Shown one piece after another: positions 9,901-18,675 of a DNA stretch of 41,275 nucleotides. A model generated the notes under the pieces. The model worked only from the letters and a program-made list of their open reading frames with translations. It had not been told where the DNA came from and did not search any database. Source of the stretch: Chthoniobacterales bacterium (GTDB lineage Bacteria > Verrucomicrobiota > Verrucomicrobiia > Chthoniobacterales > UBA10450); the NCBI GenBank assembly GCA_039936335.1, contig JBDTIQ010000116.1:1-41275 (forward strand), given 5' to 3'. A program made the position numbers and the translations under genes. Every line of letters begins with the position of its first letter. Positions within the stretch are counted from its first letter, which is position 1.

Positions 9901-12900
9901 CCGGACGCACCGCGGCGATCTTTTCATCTTCGACGAACCGACGACCGGATTGCATTTCGACGACGTCGCGCTGCTCGTTAGGCTCTTCCAGCGGCTCGTG
10001 GAAGCAGGAAACTCGATCGTCGTGATCGAGCACAATCTCGAGGTGATGAAATGCGCCGACTGGATCATCGATCTCGGGCCGGAAGGCGGAGAAGAAGGCG
10101 GGAAGCTGGTCGCCGCGGGCACGCCGGAGGATGTGGCGGAGGTCGAAGACTCGTTCACTGGCCGCTATCTGCGCAAGCTGCTGCTGCCGGGGAGCAGAGG
10201 CCGCTGGCCTGTCGTTCGCGGCGGCTCGCCGCGAACCGAGAACGGGCACTACGAAGATTTCGACGACGAACCCGCCTTGCGCGCCGCCGAAGAATCGCCC
10301 GGCCAGCGGCCTGCGCTCCGCGGAAAGAACTCTCACGCCATCTCAATCCACGGCGCGCGCGAGCACAACCTCAAAAACATCAGCCTAACGATCCCGCGCG
10401 ACCAGATGGTCGTCATCACCGGCCTGAGCGGCTCCGGGAAATCCACCGTCGCGTTCGATCTCCTCTTCGCGGAAGGCCAGCGTCGTTTTCTCGATAGCAT
10501 GTCGCCCTACGCGCGGCAGTTCGTCGATCAGCTCGAGAAGCCGGACGTCGACCTGATCGAGGGTCTCCCGCCGAGCGTCGCGATCGAGCAGCGGGTCACG
10601 CGCGGCGGCGGCAAATCGACGGTCGCCACTGTCACGGAAGTTTATCATTTTCTCCGGCTCCTCTTCGCGAAAACCGGCACGCAGTTTTGCCCGGATTGCG
10701 ATCTGCCGGTGGAAAAGCAGACGCTCGGCGCGATCGTTAGACAGGTAGAAGCGGCGGCGCGGCGTGGCCCGCTCAAGGTCCTCGCCCCGCTCGTGAAAGC
10801 GAGAAAAGGTTTCCACACCGAAGTCGCGCGCTGGGCCGAACGGCAGGGTTTTGACACGCTCTATGTCGATCGCCAGCTCATCCCACTGAAGCAGTTTCAA
10901 AAGCTTGAGCGTTTCAAGGAACACACGATCGATGCGGTGGTGGGCGCGATCGATGCAAAGCGGATCCTGAAAGCGCGCAACCTCGTGCAGCGCGCGCTCC
11001 AGATCGGCCGCGGAACGGCGCATCTGCTCGACGCGAAAAACCGACTCACGGTCATGAGCACGGAGATGAGTTGCTCGGGTTGCGGCCGCGCTTTCGAGGA
11101 GCTCGATCCGCGACTGTTTTCGTTTAACTCGCCGCACGGCTGGTGTGAGACCTGCAACGGCTTCGGTGAAATCTGGAACGAAAAAGTCCAGCGCGGCGAA
11201 GAAGAGACGGGCGACTCCGCGCTCGAAAACGAGCTCGCGGCAGAGCGGCAATTTGAGTCGATCGGTGAAGGTGAGGCGCAGCCGTGCCCCGATTGCCATG
11301 GCTCACGCCTGAACGCGGTCGCGCGCCACGTGCGGCTCCAAGGGAAAACGATCGACGAATTCAGCGCGCGCTCGGCTGCGGAAGCGCTCGCGCTCATCGG
11401 CAAATTGCGTTTCCGCGGCACGCCCAAGGTCATCGCCGCCGACCTTGTGCCGGAGATCGAACAGCGGCTCCGCTTCATGGAAAATGTTGGGCTCGGTTAT
11501 CTCGCGCTCGGGCGTTCCGCGAAGACGTTGAGCGGTGGCGAATCGCAGCGCATTCGCCTCGCGGCGCAGCTCGGCTCGAATCTGCGCGGCGTGCTTTACG
11601 TGCTCGATGAGCCGACGATCGGATTGCACGCGCGTGACAACGTGCGCCTCCTCGAAACGCTTGCGGCCTTACGCGAAAAAGGGAACTCGCTCGTGATCGT
11701 CGAGCACGACGAGGAGACGATGCGGCGCGCCGATCACATCATCGATCTTGGCCCCGGCGCGGGCGTGCATGGCGGCGAAGTCGTCGCGCAGGGAACGCTC
11801 CGCGACATCAAGGAGATCAGTGAATCGCAGACCGGTCGCTGCCTGCGCGAGCCGCTTTGTCATCCGGTGCGGAAAACGCGACGATCGTTAGGCGAAGTGG
11901 AGCAGTGGCTCGAAGTCGAGGACGCGCACGCGAATAATCTAAAGCACATCGACGCGAAGTTTCCGATCGGCCGACTCTCGGTCATCACGGGAATCTCCGG
12001 ATCGGGGAAGTCAACGTTGATGCGCTCGGTCCTGCTGCCGTCGGTGAAGGAAGCGCTGGGTAGCGCGCGCGTCTCGTCCGGCAGCTGCCGGAGCGAAGGC
12101 GTCTCGCCTTCGCGAACTTCCACCAGCGGCAAAAGTTCGTTGCCGCGAGACGCGTCAACCAGCACGCGAGACGCGCGCGCTACCCAGATCAAAGGAGCGG
12201 AGTTTCTGGAAGCGATCTACGAAGTCGATCAATCGCCGATAGGCAAAACCTCGCGCTCGACCCCGGCGACTTACATCAAGGTCTTCGACGAGATTCGGAA
12301 TTTGTTCGCGCAGTTGCCGGTCTCACGCGTCCGCGGTTACAGCGCGAGCCGGTTTTCGTTCAACACCGAAGGCGGCCGCTGCGAAACCTGCAGTGGCCAG
12401 GGCGTGCTCAAGCTCGAGATGAGCTTCCTCCCAAGCAGCTACATGCCTTGCGAAGATTGCGGCGGGAAACGCTACAACGCGCAGACCCTCGAAGTGCTCT
12501 ACCACGACAAAAGCATCGGCGACGTGATGGAAATGACGATCGCGCAGGCCGCGGAATTTTTCGCCGCGAACCAGAAGATCGCGCGCCCGCTCGGACTGCT
12601 CGTCGACACGGGTTTGGGTTACCTAAAACTCGGGCAGCCGAGCCCGACCTTGAGCGGCGGCGAAGCGCAACGGCTCAAGCTCGCGACCAAACTAACGCGC
12701 GGAGTCAGTCGCGCGACGAACGAGCGGATTCGCAAAATGCGGAAGCCGAAGTCGACGCTCTACCTTTTGGAAGAACCAACGATCGGGCTGCACATGGCCG
12801 ACGTGGAGTTGTTGCTGAACGTCCTCCATCGCCTCGTCGACGATGGAAACACGGTGATCGTGATCGAGCACAACCTGAGCGTGATTGCGGAAGCTGATTA

Positions 12901-13114
12901 CGTTGTCGATATCGGGCCGGAAGCGGGTTCGTTAGGCGGCGAAATCGTGGCCGCGGGCACGCCGGAGGAAGTCGCGAAAAGCCGAATGAGCCGGACCGCG
13001 CCGTTCCTGCGCGAAGTCCTCGCGCAAGGCCGCGAAGTGACCGGCACGACAGAAGCACCTGCCACAAAACCGCGCCGCAAGAAAGCGCGAGCCAAAGCCG
13101 TGTTGTCATCCTGA
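6905..13114 (+). CDS. uvrA: Tandem-duplicated UvrA-like ABC ATPase (two complete UvrA units in one 2069-aa ORF)
   Basis: Four Walker A motifs ([36 protein letters not shown]) and four LSGGE signatures. Cys4 zinc modules are present (CPSCG, CPECRG, CERCGG, CPDCD, CETCNG, CPDCHG, CETCSG). The second unit begins near 10320 ([15 protein letters not shown]). The ORF contains three in-frame palindromic-element insertions (see repeats). Confidence 0.9.
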   Translation: MRRVCAFRARKRLSSVASTNGKKPCETAPPDPPQAGCIAIRGARQNNLKGFDLDLPLGELTVVTGPSGSGKSSLAFDTIYAEGQRRYVETFSPYTRQFLDRMDKPRVDEIRGIPPAIAIAQSNPVKSSRSTVGTMTEINDYLKLLMPRVAHAFCPSCGREIRPESAKSIADEIFAKFGTPNAICHPERSGAERNGVEGPHKLSEDVDNQSDVEQRLRGPSTALRSARDDKEKSAPPQTGLITFWITVPPKTDPADFFAFLQQQGYLRIWLDGEVIRADTDLKNIRLGARVQVIQDRLTINEGSRARLVESLETALRFGKDRINFIDLETKEAHPFSTGWHCAHCDLDIRPPTPGLFSFNNPLGACPECRGFGRTIGVDYNRAIPDRSYSIAQGAVRVFRGQEMGESQKDLLRACTREEIDVNTPFEELPQCDQDFIINGEKGVGEYSEEDYETDRWYGVRGFFKWLESKSYKMHVRVLLSRYRAYTNCPSCRGGRFQPETLNFRFVTSSSRMPGELSSREAAPDAIAFTLPEFAALPISEARDFLTNLTLPPNDSAAAMLCAEIVTRLNYLCEVGVGYLTLDRSTRTLSGGEVQRVNLTTCLGASLVNTLFVMDEPSVGLHPRDVGRLVRVMHNLRDKGNTLLVVEHEEAIIRAADHLLDIGPGRGEQGGELVFQGTLNEMLGSAPVPGAGEGVPPSRTSENTNGSRRSKPDRKSSLPRDASTSTRDARATPAFSLTAEYLSGRKSIPIPKARREFKHTLKIKGGSEHNLQNLDVEIPLGIFTCVTGVSGSGKSTLVHDVLYKNLLRERGEQGEEAGACKSVTGAHRVGQIVMVDQSSLSRTPRSTPILYLGVYDRVRELFAALPEAMAQGLTASAFSFNSGSGRCERCGGTGFEKVEMQFLSDLYVRCAECEGKRFQPHVLRVKLEGRSIHDLLELTVSEAVEFFASLGEAEKLAQPLAILEEVGLGYVRLGQPLNTLSGGESQRLKLVRHLAESGADRTHRGDLFIFDEPTTGLHFDDVALLVRLFQRLVEAGNSIVVIEHNLEVMKCADWIIDLGPEGGEEGGKLVAAGTPEDVAEVEDSFTGRYLRKLLLPGSRGRWPVVRGGSPRTENGHYEDFDDEPALRAAEESPGQRPALRGKNSHAISIHGAREHNLKNISLTIPRDQMVVITGLSGSGKSTVAFDLLFAEGQRRFLDSMSPYARQFVDQLEKPDVDLIEGLPPSVAIEQRVTRGGGKSTVATVTEVYHFLRLLFAKTGTQFCPDCDLPVEKQTLGAIVRQVEAAARRGPLKVLAPLVKARKGFHTEVARWAERQGFDTLYVDRQLIPLKQFQKLERFKEHTIDAVVGAIDAKRILKARNLVQRALQIGRGTAHLLDAKNRLTVMSTEMSCSGCGRAFEELDPRLFSFNSPHGWCETCNGFGEIWNEKVQRGEEETGDSALENELAAERQFESIGEGEAQPCPDCHGSRLNAVARHVRLQGKTIDEFSARSAAEALALIGKLRFRGTPKVIAADLVPEIEQRLRFMENVGLGYLALGRSAKTLSGGESQRIRLAAQLGSNLRGVLYVLDEPTIGLHARDNVRLLETLAALREKGNSLVIVEHDEETMRRADHIIDLGPGAGVHGGEVVAQGTLRDIKEISESQTGRCLREPLCHPVRKTRRSLGEVEQWLEVEDAHANNLKHIDAKFPIGRLSVITGISGSGKSTLMRSVLLPSVKEALGSARVSSGSCRSEGVSPSRTSTSGKSSLPRDASTSTRDARATQIKGAEFLEAIYEVDQSPIGKTSRSTPATYIKVFDEIRNLFAQLPVSRVRGYSASRFSFNTEGGRCETCSGQGVLKLEMSFLPSSYMPCEDCGGKRYNAQTLEVLYHDKSIGDVMEMTIAQAAEFFAANQKIARPLGLLVDTGLGYLKLGQPSPTLSGGEAQRLKLATKLTRGVSRATNERIRKMRKPKSTLYLLEEPTIGLHMADVELLLNVLHRLVDDGNTVIVIEHNLSVIAEADYVVDIGPEAGSLGGEIVAAGTPEEVAKSRMSRTAPFLREVLAQGREVTGTTEAPATKPRRKKARAKAVLSS
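7455..7591. repeat. Family-1 palindromic element, copy 2, in frame inside uvrA-like ORF
   Basis: GTCATCCTGAGCGGAGTGGAGCGGAGCGGAACGGAGTCGAAGGACCTCACAAGC ... GCTTGCGGGGTCCTTCGACTGCGCTGCGCTCCGCTCGGGATGAC. It is translated as [20 protein letters not shown]...[13 protein letters not shown]. The paralogous second UvrA unit has no counterpart. Confidence 0.9.
8948..9098. repeat. Family-2 palindromic element, copy 1, in frame inside uvrA-like ORF
   Basis: Termini CTGGGTAGCGCGCCCGTCCCGG ... CGAGACGCGCGCGCTACCC. Internal hairpins are GCGAAGGCG/CGCCTTCGC. It is translated as [19 protein letters not shown]...[17 protein letters not shown]. Confidence 0.85.
12056..12187. repeat. Family-2 palindromic element, copy 2, in frame inside uvrA-like ORF
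   Basis: Perfect 21-bp terminal inverted repeats CTGGGTAGCGCGCGCGTCTCG / CGAGACGCGCGCGCTACCCAG. Its 3' 55 nt (12131-12185) are identical to 9044-9098. It is translated as [43 protein letters not shown]. Confidence 0.9.
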
Positions 13115-13229
13115 GCGAAGCGCAGCGGAGTCGAAGGACCTCACAAGCGTCTGGCGACGTCGTTAGGCAAAACGGGCTCCGCACGACGCTTGCGAGATCC
13201 CGCACCGCGCTGCGCCGGTTCGGGATGAC
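13105..13229. repeat. Family-1 palindromic element, copy 3
   Basis: Same termini (GTCATCCTGAGCGAAGCGCAGCGGAGTCGAAGGACCTCACAAGC ... CGGGATGAC). Contains the uvrA stop codon at 13112-13114. Confidence 0.85.
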
Positions 13230-13310
13230 AACAGGTGAGGAGGGAAGTCATGGGAAAACCCAAAGCAGGACAGGCGAAGCCGCGCGCAACTAAAAGGCGG
13301 AGCAACCAGT

Positions 13311-13448
13311 GTCATCCTGAGCGAAGCGCAGCGAAGTCGAAGGATCCCGTTGGGCTGCCGTGAAGACCTAGCGCAATTTTCCCGCAGCGGAGCTTCACGA
13401 TCGCTCCACGGGATCCCTCGGCTGCGCTAACGCTCCGCTCGGGATGAC
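13311..13448. repeat. Family-1 palindromic element, copy 4
   Basis: GTCATCCTGAGCGAAGCGCAGCGAAGTCGAAGGATCC ... GGGATCCCTCGGCTGCGCTAACGCTCCGCTCGGGATGAC. It lies upstream of lgt. Confidence 0.9.
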
Positions 13449-13489
13449 GGCTTGCTGCGTTTCGCAAAATCGCGGAAGCTCGCGCCCCG

Positions 13490-14449
13490 ATGCTCGCTTA
13501 TTTCCTCGACGATTTCGATCCGTTCATCTTCCACCTCTGGGGCAACATCGGACCGCGCTGGTATGGTTTCGCCTACGTTATGGCGTTCGCGTTGGGCTTT
13601 CTGCTCCTGCGCCAGCTCGCGCAAAAAGGTTATACCGAGCTGCGCGTCGACCAGGTCGGCGACTTCATCACCTGGGCCGCGCTCTTCGGCGTCATGCTCG
13701 GTGGGCGCGTCGGCTACGTGCTGTTTTACCGACCGGAAATGTTGCGCGATCCGCTCTCGATCTTTCGCGTCTGGGAAGGCGGGATGTCGAGTCACGGCGG
13801 CATGCTCGGCGTGCTCATCTTCACGTTTTACTACGCGTGGCGGCACAAAATCTCGTGGACGAATCTCGGCGACAACCTCGTGGTCGTGGCGCCGATCGGA
13901 CTCTTCTGCGGGCGCTGCGCGAACTTCATCAATGGCGAGCTTTACGGCCGGCCGACGACCGTGCCGTGGGCGATGCTTTTCCCGAAGGAAATCCTCGATC
14001 CGGCAAATGGCGCGGTCGCCGATCGCGCGCTCCTCGCCGCGCAAACGGTCGCACCCAGCCTAACGACCCCGGAAGCAATCGTGAGCGGCTTGCAGACCCA
14101 TCCACTCCTGCGCGAGAAGTTGCATTTCATCCTCACGCCGCGCCATCCGTCGCAGCTTTATGAGGCGCTCCTCGAAGGCGTCGCGCTCTTCACCATCCTC
14201 TGGCTCGTGCGCACGCGGACGCGTCAACCCAATGGCGTGCTCACCGGTTTGTTCTTCGTCTGCTACGCGATCTTCCGGATCGTGGTGGAATATTTTCGCG
14301 AACCGGACGCGTCGCTTATCGCGGGTTTTACGCGAGGGCAGTTCTTCTCCTTCTTCCTCATCGCGATCGGGCTCGCCTTCATCATCGTCGGCAAGATTCG
14401 CAACGAGCAATCGGCGCCGCGCTTCCGCGCGCAAAAGCTGGAGGGATGA
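13490..14449 (+). CDS. lgt: Prolipoprotein diacylglyceryl transferase
   Basis: Motifs LGGRVGYVLFY, VWEGGMSSHGGMLGV and GRCANFINGELYGRPT. Confidence 0.9.
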   Translation: MLAYFLDDFDPFIFHLWGNIGPRWYGFAYVMAFALGFLLLRQLAQKGYTELRVDQVGDFITWAALFGVMLGGRVGYVLFYRPEMLRDPLSIFRVWEGGMSSHGGMLGVLIFTFYYAWRHKISWTNLGDNLVVVAPIGLFCGRCANFINGELYGRPTTVPWAMLFPKEILDPANGAVADRALLAAQTVAPSLTTPEAIVSGLQTHPLLREKLHFILTPRHPSQLYEALLEGVALFTILWLVRTRTRQPNGVLTGLFFVCYAIFRIVVEYFREPDASLIAGFTRGQFFSFFLIAIGLAFIIVGKIRNEQSAPRFRAQKLEG

Positions 14450-14613
14450 GCTCTGCGAATCCGCGTGCGTAGCTCCTGTGCGCCCTCCGCAATAGACGTC
14501 TCTCCCCCGGCTTCGTAGGAACCCAGACCTCCAGACTTGTCGAGTTGTTCGTCGCCCCCGGAGACATCTCCGGCTTTCGCATCACGCGACTTCCGCTATA
14601 AAGTGGAGCCCGC

Positions 14614-15378
14614 ATGACGGAACTTTTTTCTCCCGGGTTTCTTGCGGCCGGCGGGCTCGTTTTCTCGTTCGAGCATGCCACCGTCGCCGGCAAAGTGGTG
14701 CTCGGATTTCTCTGCATCGGCTCGGTTTTTAGCTGGTCGGTAATGGTGACGAAAATGCGCGTGATCCAGTTCGCGAGGAAACAAAGCGGGCGTTTCCTCG
14801 CGGCCTTCCGGCAGGATCGGCAGCCGCTGCGGTTGTTTGAATCGAGTGTGCGCTTTCCGGGTTCGCCGATCTTTAGCGTTTATCGCGCGGGCTGCGAGGA
14901 GCTGACTTTCCATCTGCTCGGCTCGTCCGAGATGGACGAGACTTTTCGCGCGCGGCTCGAGATCGCCGACAAAATTACGCCCGCGCAAATGCACGCGGTC
15001 AATGCCGCAATGGAGCGTGCGGTGGGCGAGAACGCGCTCAAGCTCGAGTCGCAAATGATCCTGCTCGCGACTGCGGTGAGCGGCGCGCCGTTTCTGGGAT
15101 TGTTAGGCACGGTCTGGGGCGTGATGGATACTTTCACCGGCGTGGCGGAAGCGGGGAGCGCAAATCTGGCGGCGATGGCGCCGGGTGTTTCCGGCGCGCT
15201 GATTACGACGGTGACGGCGCTCTGCGTCGCGATTCCGGCGATGTTTGGCTACAATTTTCTCGTCACCAGCATCCGCGGGATGGTGGTGGAGATGGATAAC
15301 TTCGCCGCGGAACTCGCCTCGGAGTTCGAGCACAAATACGTCGAGCACGGCAGTCGCGTATCGGATTTCCGGAGATGA
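14614..15378 (+). CDS. tolQ: MotA/TolQ/ExbB-family proton channel
   Basis: 254 aa with three TM segments and a conserved C-terminal region (GLLGTVWGVMDTF...APGVSGALITT). It heads a tolQ-R-A-B-like cluster. Confidence 0.8.
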   Translation: MTELFSPGFLAAGGLVFSFEHATVAGKVVLGFLCIGSVFSWSVMVTKMRVIQFARKQSGRFLAAFRQDRQPLRLFESSVRFPGSPIFSVYRAGCEELTFHLLGSSEMDETFRARLEIADKITPAQMHAVNAAMERAVGENALKLESQMILLATAVSGAPFLGLLGTVWGVMDTFTGVAEAGSANLAAMAPGVSGALITTVTALCVAIPAMFGYNFLVTSIRGMVVEMDNFAAELASEFEHKYVEHGSRVSDFRR

Positions 15379-15390
15379 AAGACAATACTT

Positions 15391-15468
15391 TCCATCGTGA
15401 GCGTAGCGAAGGACCTCACGAGCGTCGGTCGTGGTTTGTGAGGTCCTTCGCTATGCTCAGCATGACAA
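15391..15468. repeat. Short family-1-related hairpin element in the tolQ-tolR spacer
   Basis: CATCGTGAGCGTAGCGAAGGACCTCAC / GTGAGGTCCTTCGCTATGCTCAGCATG inverted arms of about 27 bp. Confidence 0.8.
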
Positions 15469-15496
15469 CTGAGAAAGCGACAGCCGGAGCCTAACG

Positions 15497-15919
15497 ATGC
15501 GCCGCTATTCCAGCCGCACCGGCCTCACGACGCTCTCGGAGATTAATATCACTCCGCTGCTCGATCTCGCGTTCGTTCTCCTGATCATTTTCATGATCAC
15601 GACGCCGCTGATGGAGAACAGCAAGTCGCTCATCATTCCCTCGAGCGGGACGACGAACGCGCCGATCAATCCGGCCGCGGTGCAGATCCTCTCGATGGAT
15701 CGCAATGAGGTCGTTAGGCTGAATGAAGAGGTGATTGACGCGGCGTTGCTCCCGGCGCGGCTCGCGAGCTTGAAACAGGCCGATCCAAATGTCGCGGTGG
15801 TGATTCGGCCGGACCGCGAGCTGCCGGTGCAGAAACTGGTCAATCTCATGGACGCCCTGCAGCGCGCCGAGATCACGAAAGTCGGCATCGCGACGCAGGA
15901 AGAACAGCCGGGCAAATGA
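15497..15919 (+). CDS. tolR: ExbD/TolR-family protein
   Basis: 140 aa with INITPLLDLAFVLLIIFMITTP, the characteristic TM segment with Asp. The stop overlaps the next gene by 4 bp. Confidence 0.85.
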   Translation: MRRYSSRTGLTTLSEINITPLLDLAFVLLIIFMITTPLMENSKSLIIPSSGTTNAPINPAAVQILSMDRNEVVRLNEEVIDAALLPARLASLKQADPNVAVVIRPDRELPVQKLVNLMDALQRAEITKVGIATQEEQPGK

Positions 15920-16917
15920 CCCGCGACGCGCGTTTCTGGCGCAACGTCACGATCGTTGGGCTGGTTCACGTCGTGGTTCTGCTCGGGCTGCTCTGGTGGA
16001 GCCGATCGGCGAAGCCGGAGCCGAAGAACATCGTCTGGATGGAAGGCGGTGCGGGCGGAAGCCAGGCCGCAGCCGCGACCGAAAGCGCCGCGGAAACTCC
16101 CGAGCCGCCGCCCGAAGAAACGCCGGTCGCCACGCCTAACGAACCAGCCGAAGAAGCGACGCCGGAAGTTCTCCCGACCGCGAAGAGCGAGATAGAAATT
16201 CCAGTTAGCCCAACGGCCACCGCGACGCCTACGCCAACTCCGACGCCAACAGAAACTCCAACGCCGAAGCCGACAGAAACTCCGACGCCTACGCCCAAGC
16301 GAACTCCGAAACCCACGCCTAAGCCAACGCCGAAACACACTCCGAGAGAGAAGCCTTCACCGACTCCAAGAAAGAAGGCAACGCCGAAGAAAAAGAAGGC
16401 GACCCCGAAACCAAAACCGACGCCTGACGAGGAAGAAGAAAAGGAAACCGCCAAGAAAAAAGCGATCGCCAAAGCCGCGCTCGAAAAGAAGAAGGCGAGC
16501 GAGAGCGACGAGGATTCTTCCCGTGAAAAATCAGCGAAGAAAGCGACCGCCGCGGGGGACAGCGACACCGGCGACACGAAAGGCGAAGGCGGCTCCGGCG
16601 GTCACGGTAAAGGCTCCGGCGGCGCGTCGGAATTCGGCTGGTATGGCGGGATGTTGCACGACCGGTTCTACAGCGAATGGGTCCAGCCGACTTCCGTCGT
16701 GCAGAGCGCAAAGCTTTCAGTTCTCCTGCGCATCCGGATTCAAAAAGACGGGCGCATTTCCGACTACTCGATTGCGAAATCCTCCGGCAATCCGGTGGTC
16801 GACGACTCCGTCAAAGCCGCCGCGGCACGCGTGAAACAGGTCGATCCGTTGCCGGCGGGGTTGGGCGACGAATATTATGACGTGAACATCAACTTCGAAT
16901 TAAGTTCCGGACAATGA
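15916..16917 (+). CDS. TolA/TonB-like energy-transducer protein
   Basis: N-terminal TM, a long Pro/Thr/Lys/Glu-rich linker, and a C-terminal TonB_C-like domain (WYGGMLHDRFYSEW...VNINFEL). ATGA overlaps occur at both ends (15916-15919 and 16914-16917). Confidence 0.75.
   Translation: MTRDARFWRNVTIVGLVHVVVLLGLLWWSRSAKPEPKNIVWMEGGAGGSQAAAATESAAETPEPPPEETPVATPNEPAEEATPEVLPTAKSEIEIPVSPTATATPTPTPTPTETPTPKPTETPTPTPKRTPKPTPKPTPKHTPREKPSPTPRKKATPKKKKATPKPKPTPDEEEEKETAKKKAIAKAALEKKKASESDEDSSREKSAKKATAAGDSDTGDTKGEGGSGGHGKGSGGASEFGWYGGMLHDRFYSEWVQPTSVVQSAKLSVLLRIRIQKDGRISDYSIAKSSGNPVVDDSVKAAAARVKQVDPLPAGLGDEYYDVNINFELSSGQ
16213..16344 (+). repeat. Coding low-complexity Thr-Pro(-Lys/Glu) tandem repeats in the TolA/TonB-like linker
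   Basis: Translates as TATATPTPTPTPTETPTPKPTETPTPTPKRTPKPTPKPTPKHTP. Confidence 0.8.
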
Positions 16918-18071
16918 GACAATTTTTACGAGTAACGGTGGCGGCGATCTTGTGCCTAACGACATCGCAACTAGCGCGCGCGGCGGAAGACGTGCCGACG
17001 ATCACGGTGAGCAAAGGCGATCGGTTAAACGTGAGCGTCGCCGGCCTCACCGGAGCCGATGGCGCGGCCGCGACGGCGGTCGTGCAGAAGGACCTGACGA
17101 TCTCCGGCCTTTTCAGTCTCGGCAGCGCCAACGCTTCCTACGCCGTGAGCGGTCGCGCGGGCGGCGGGAGTCTGGAGGGCACGGTGGTCGATCACAGCGG
17201 CGGGACGGTGCTTTCGAAAACCTACAACGGCGAAAACCGCGCAAACGCGCATCAGTTTGCGAACGACATCATCGAGACGCTGACCGGCCACAAGGGACTC
17301 GCCGGCAGCAAAATCGTATTCATCGCGACCCGGAGCGGGCACAAGGAAGTTTACGTCGCCGACTACGACGGCACGAACGTGCGGCAGATCACGCACGACA
17401 ACACTATCAGCGTGCATCCGTCGATCAGCGCCGATGGCCGGCGGGTCGCCTACACCGGTTACCAGAGCGGTTACGCCGATGCGTATGTGATCGATCTCGC
17501 GAGCGGCGCGCGGAATAAGATCGCGAACTACCCGGGCACGAACAGCGGCGTCGCCTTTTCGCCTAACGGCAGTCGGATCGCCCTAACGATCAGCAAAGAT
17601 GGTAATCCCGAGCTCTACACGGTGAGCGCGAATGGCGGCGGAGCGGAGCGTTTGACCCACACCCGTGGGGTGGAATCCAGCCCGACCTGGTCGCCCGATG
17701 GATCGGAGATTATCTACTCGTTCAGTGGCTCCGGCGGGCCGCAACTTTATCGCATCTCGGCGAGCGGAGGTTCGGGAAGTCCGATCTCGACCGGCTACGG
17801 CTACTGCACCGAGCCAAGCTGGTCGCCTGATGGGAAAAAGATCGCGTTCAACGTGCGTTCCGGGGGTGAATTTCAGGTCGTGGTGATGGATTTGAACGGC
17901 GGGAATAAACGCATCGTTGGAACCGGCGAAGATCCGGCGTGGGGACCGGATTCGCGGCACCTGATTTACAGCGACGGCGGCACTCTCTACATGGTCGACA
18001 CGGTAAACAGCCAAAAGACGAAAGTCCTCGGTGGTCTCGGCAAAATCACGGAGCCGAGCTGGTCTCGTTAG
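16914..18071 (+). CDS. tolB: TolB-like periplasmic beta-propeller protein
   Basis: Signal peptide plus repeated PDG/SPDG blades (SADGRRVAY, FSPNGSRIAL, TWSPDGSEIIY, SWSPDGKKIAF, AWGPDSRHLIY). Confidence 0.8.
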   Translation: MRQFLRVTVAAILCLTTSQLARAAEDVPTITVSKGDRLNVSVAGLTGADGAAATAVVQKDLTISGLFSLGSANASYAVSGRAGGGSLEGTVVDHSGGTVLSKTYNGENRANAHQFANDIIETLTGHKGLAGSKIVFIATRSGHKEVYVADYDGTNVRQITHDNTISVHPSISADGRRVAYTGYQSGYADAYVIDLASGARNKIANYPGTNSGVAFSPNGSRIALTISKDGNPELYTVSANGGGAERLTHTRGVESSPTWSPDGSEIIYSFSGSGGPQLYRISASGGSGSPISTGYGYCTEPSWSPDGKKIAFNVRSGGEFQVVVMDLNGGNKRIVGTGEDPAWGPDSRHLIYSDGGTLYMVDTVNSQKTKVLGGLGKITEPSWSR

Positions 18072-18090
18072 GCGCGAGACAAACAGCCAG

Positions 18091-18117
18091 CATCCCGAGC
18101 GCTCCGCTCAGGATGAC
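18091..18117. repeat. Collapsed family-1 remnant (only the terminal arms)
   Basis: CATCCCGAGCG-CTC-CGCTCAGGATGAC directly after tolB. Confidence 0.55.
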
Positions 18118-18154
18118 GGGAGCGCCGGGAATCGCGCTGCGCCCTGGGCTACAC

Positions 18155-18643
18155 TTAGCTTCCGGCCGCGCGCCGCGCGCCTGCGTAATGTCGCGCGAAA
18201 AGTGCGATCGTTAGGCCGACGAAGAAGATGTGCGAGCCGAGGTCGCTCCAGGTCGAGAGCGAGGTGTGTTTGAATTTCGGCGCGCGCGAAAGCGGGAGGA
18301 CGACGAGATTCATGAAGAAATAAATCGCGACGCCATAGGCCGGCCCACAGAGCGCCGCCCAGCGGATGAGGAGCGGAAAGAGGCGGCTCGCTCCGTTGTA
18401 AAAAGCCGCCAAACAGAACGCGATCAGGAAGTGCAGTGCGACGCCGAGCGACGCTGTCGTTAGGCCGCCTTGGAACGCGTCGCGTCCGAGCAGGCCGCTC
18501 GCGATTGCCTGCGGAACCCGGATGAAAGGGACGCCGCGCCAGTGGTTGAAGAGCAGCGCAAAGCTGAGGTCGAGCACGCCGGCGACCAAACCTCCCCAGA
18601 GAATGGCGGCCGGAATCTGCGAGCGATCTCGTTTGTCCGTCAT
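18155..18643 (-). CDS. Hypothetical integral membrane protein (about 4 TM)
   Basis: ORF 18155..18739. The likely start is ATG at 18643 (MTDKRDRSQIPAAILWGG...), immediately downstream of the ligase stop. Hydrophobic segments run throughout. Confidence 0.55.
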   Translation of the reverse strand: MTDKRDRSQIPAAILWGGLVAGVLDLSFALLFNHWRGVPFIRVPQAIASGLLGRDAFQGGLTTASLGVALHFLIAFCLAAFYNGASRLFPLLIRWAALCGPAYGVAIYFFMNLVVLPLSRAPKFKHTSLSTWSDLGSHIFFVGLTIALFARHYAGARRAAGS

Positions 18644-18675
18644 GGCGCGGATGGTTTCCGATTCCGCGAGCCAGT

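Noticed and set aside
10198-10312. A 12-bp perfect inverted repeat (AGGCCGCTGGCC / GGCCAGCGGCCT) bracketing the linker between the two UvrA units, suggesting the fusion linker derives from another palindromic element.
   Set aside because: A GC-rich 12-mer inverted match within about 100 bp could arise by chance in 41 kb. There is little internal pairing and no second copy in the window.
7442-12936. Interpreting the abundant motif as a conserved peptide motif or codon artefact.
   Set aside because: Within the same ORF it is read in different frames and orientations (P-N-D, S-L-T, S-L-G, L-V-R), and it also occurs in intergenic DNA.
16213-16344. Short tandem periodicity that could look like a repeat array or CRISPR.
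   Set aside because: It is in-frame coding low complexity (the Thr-Pro-Lys linker of the TolA/TonB-like protein). The units are far too short and degenerate, and there are no spacers.
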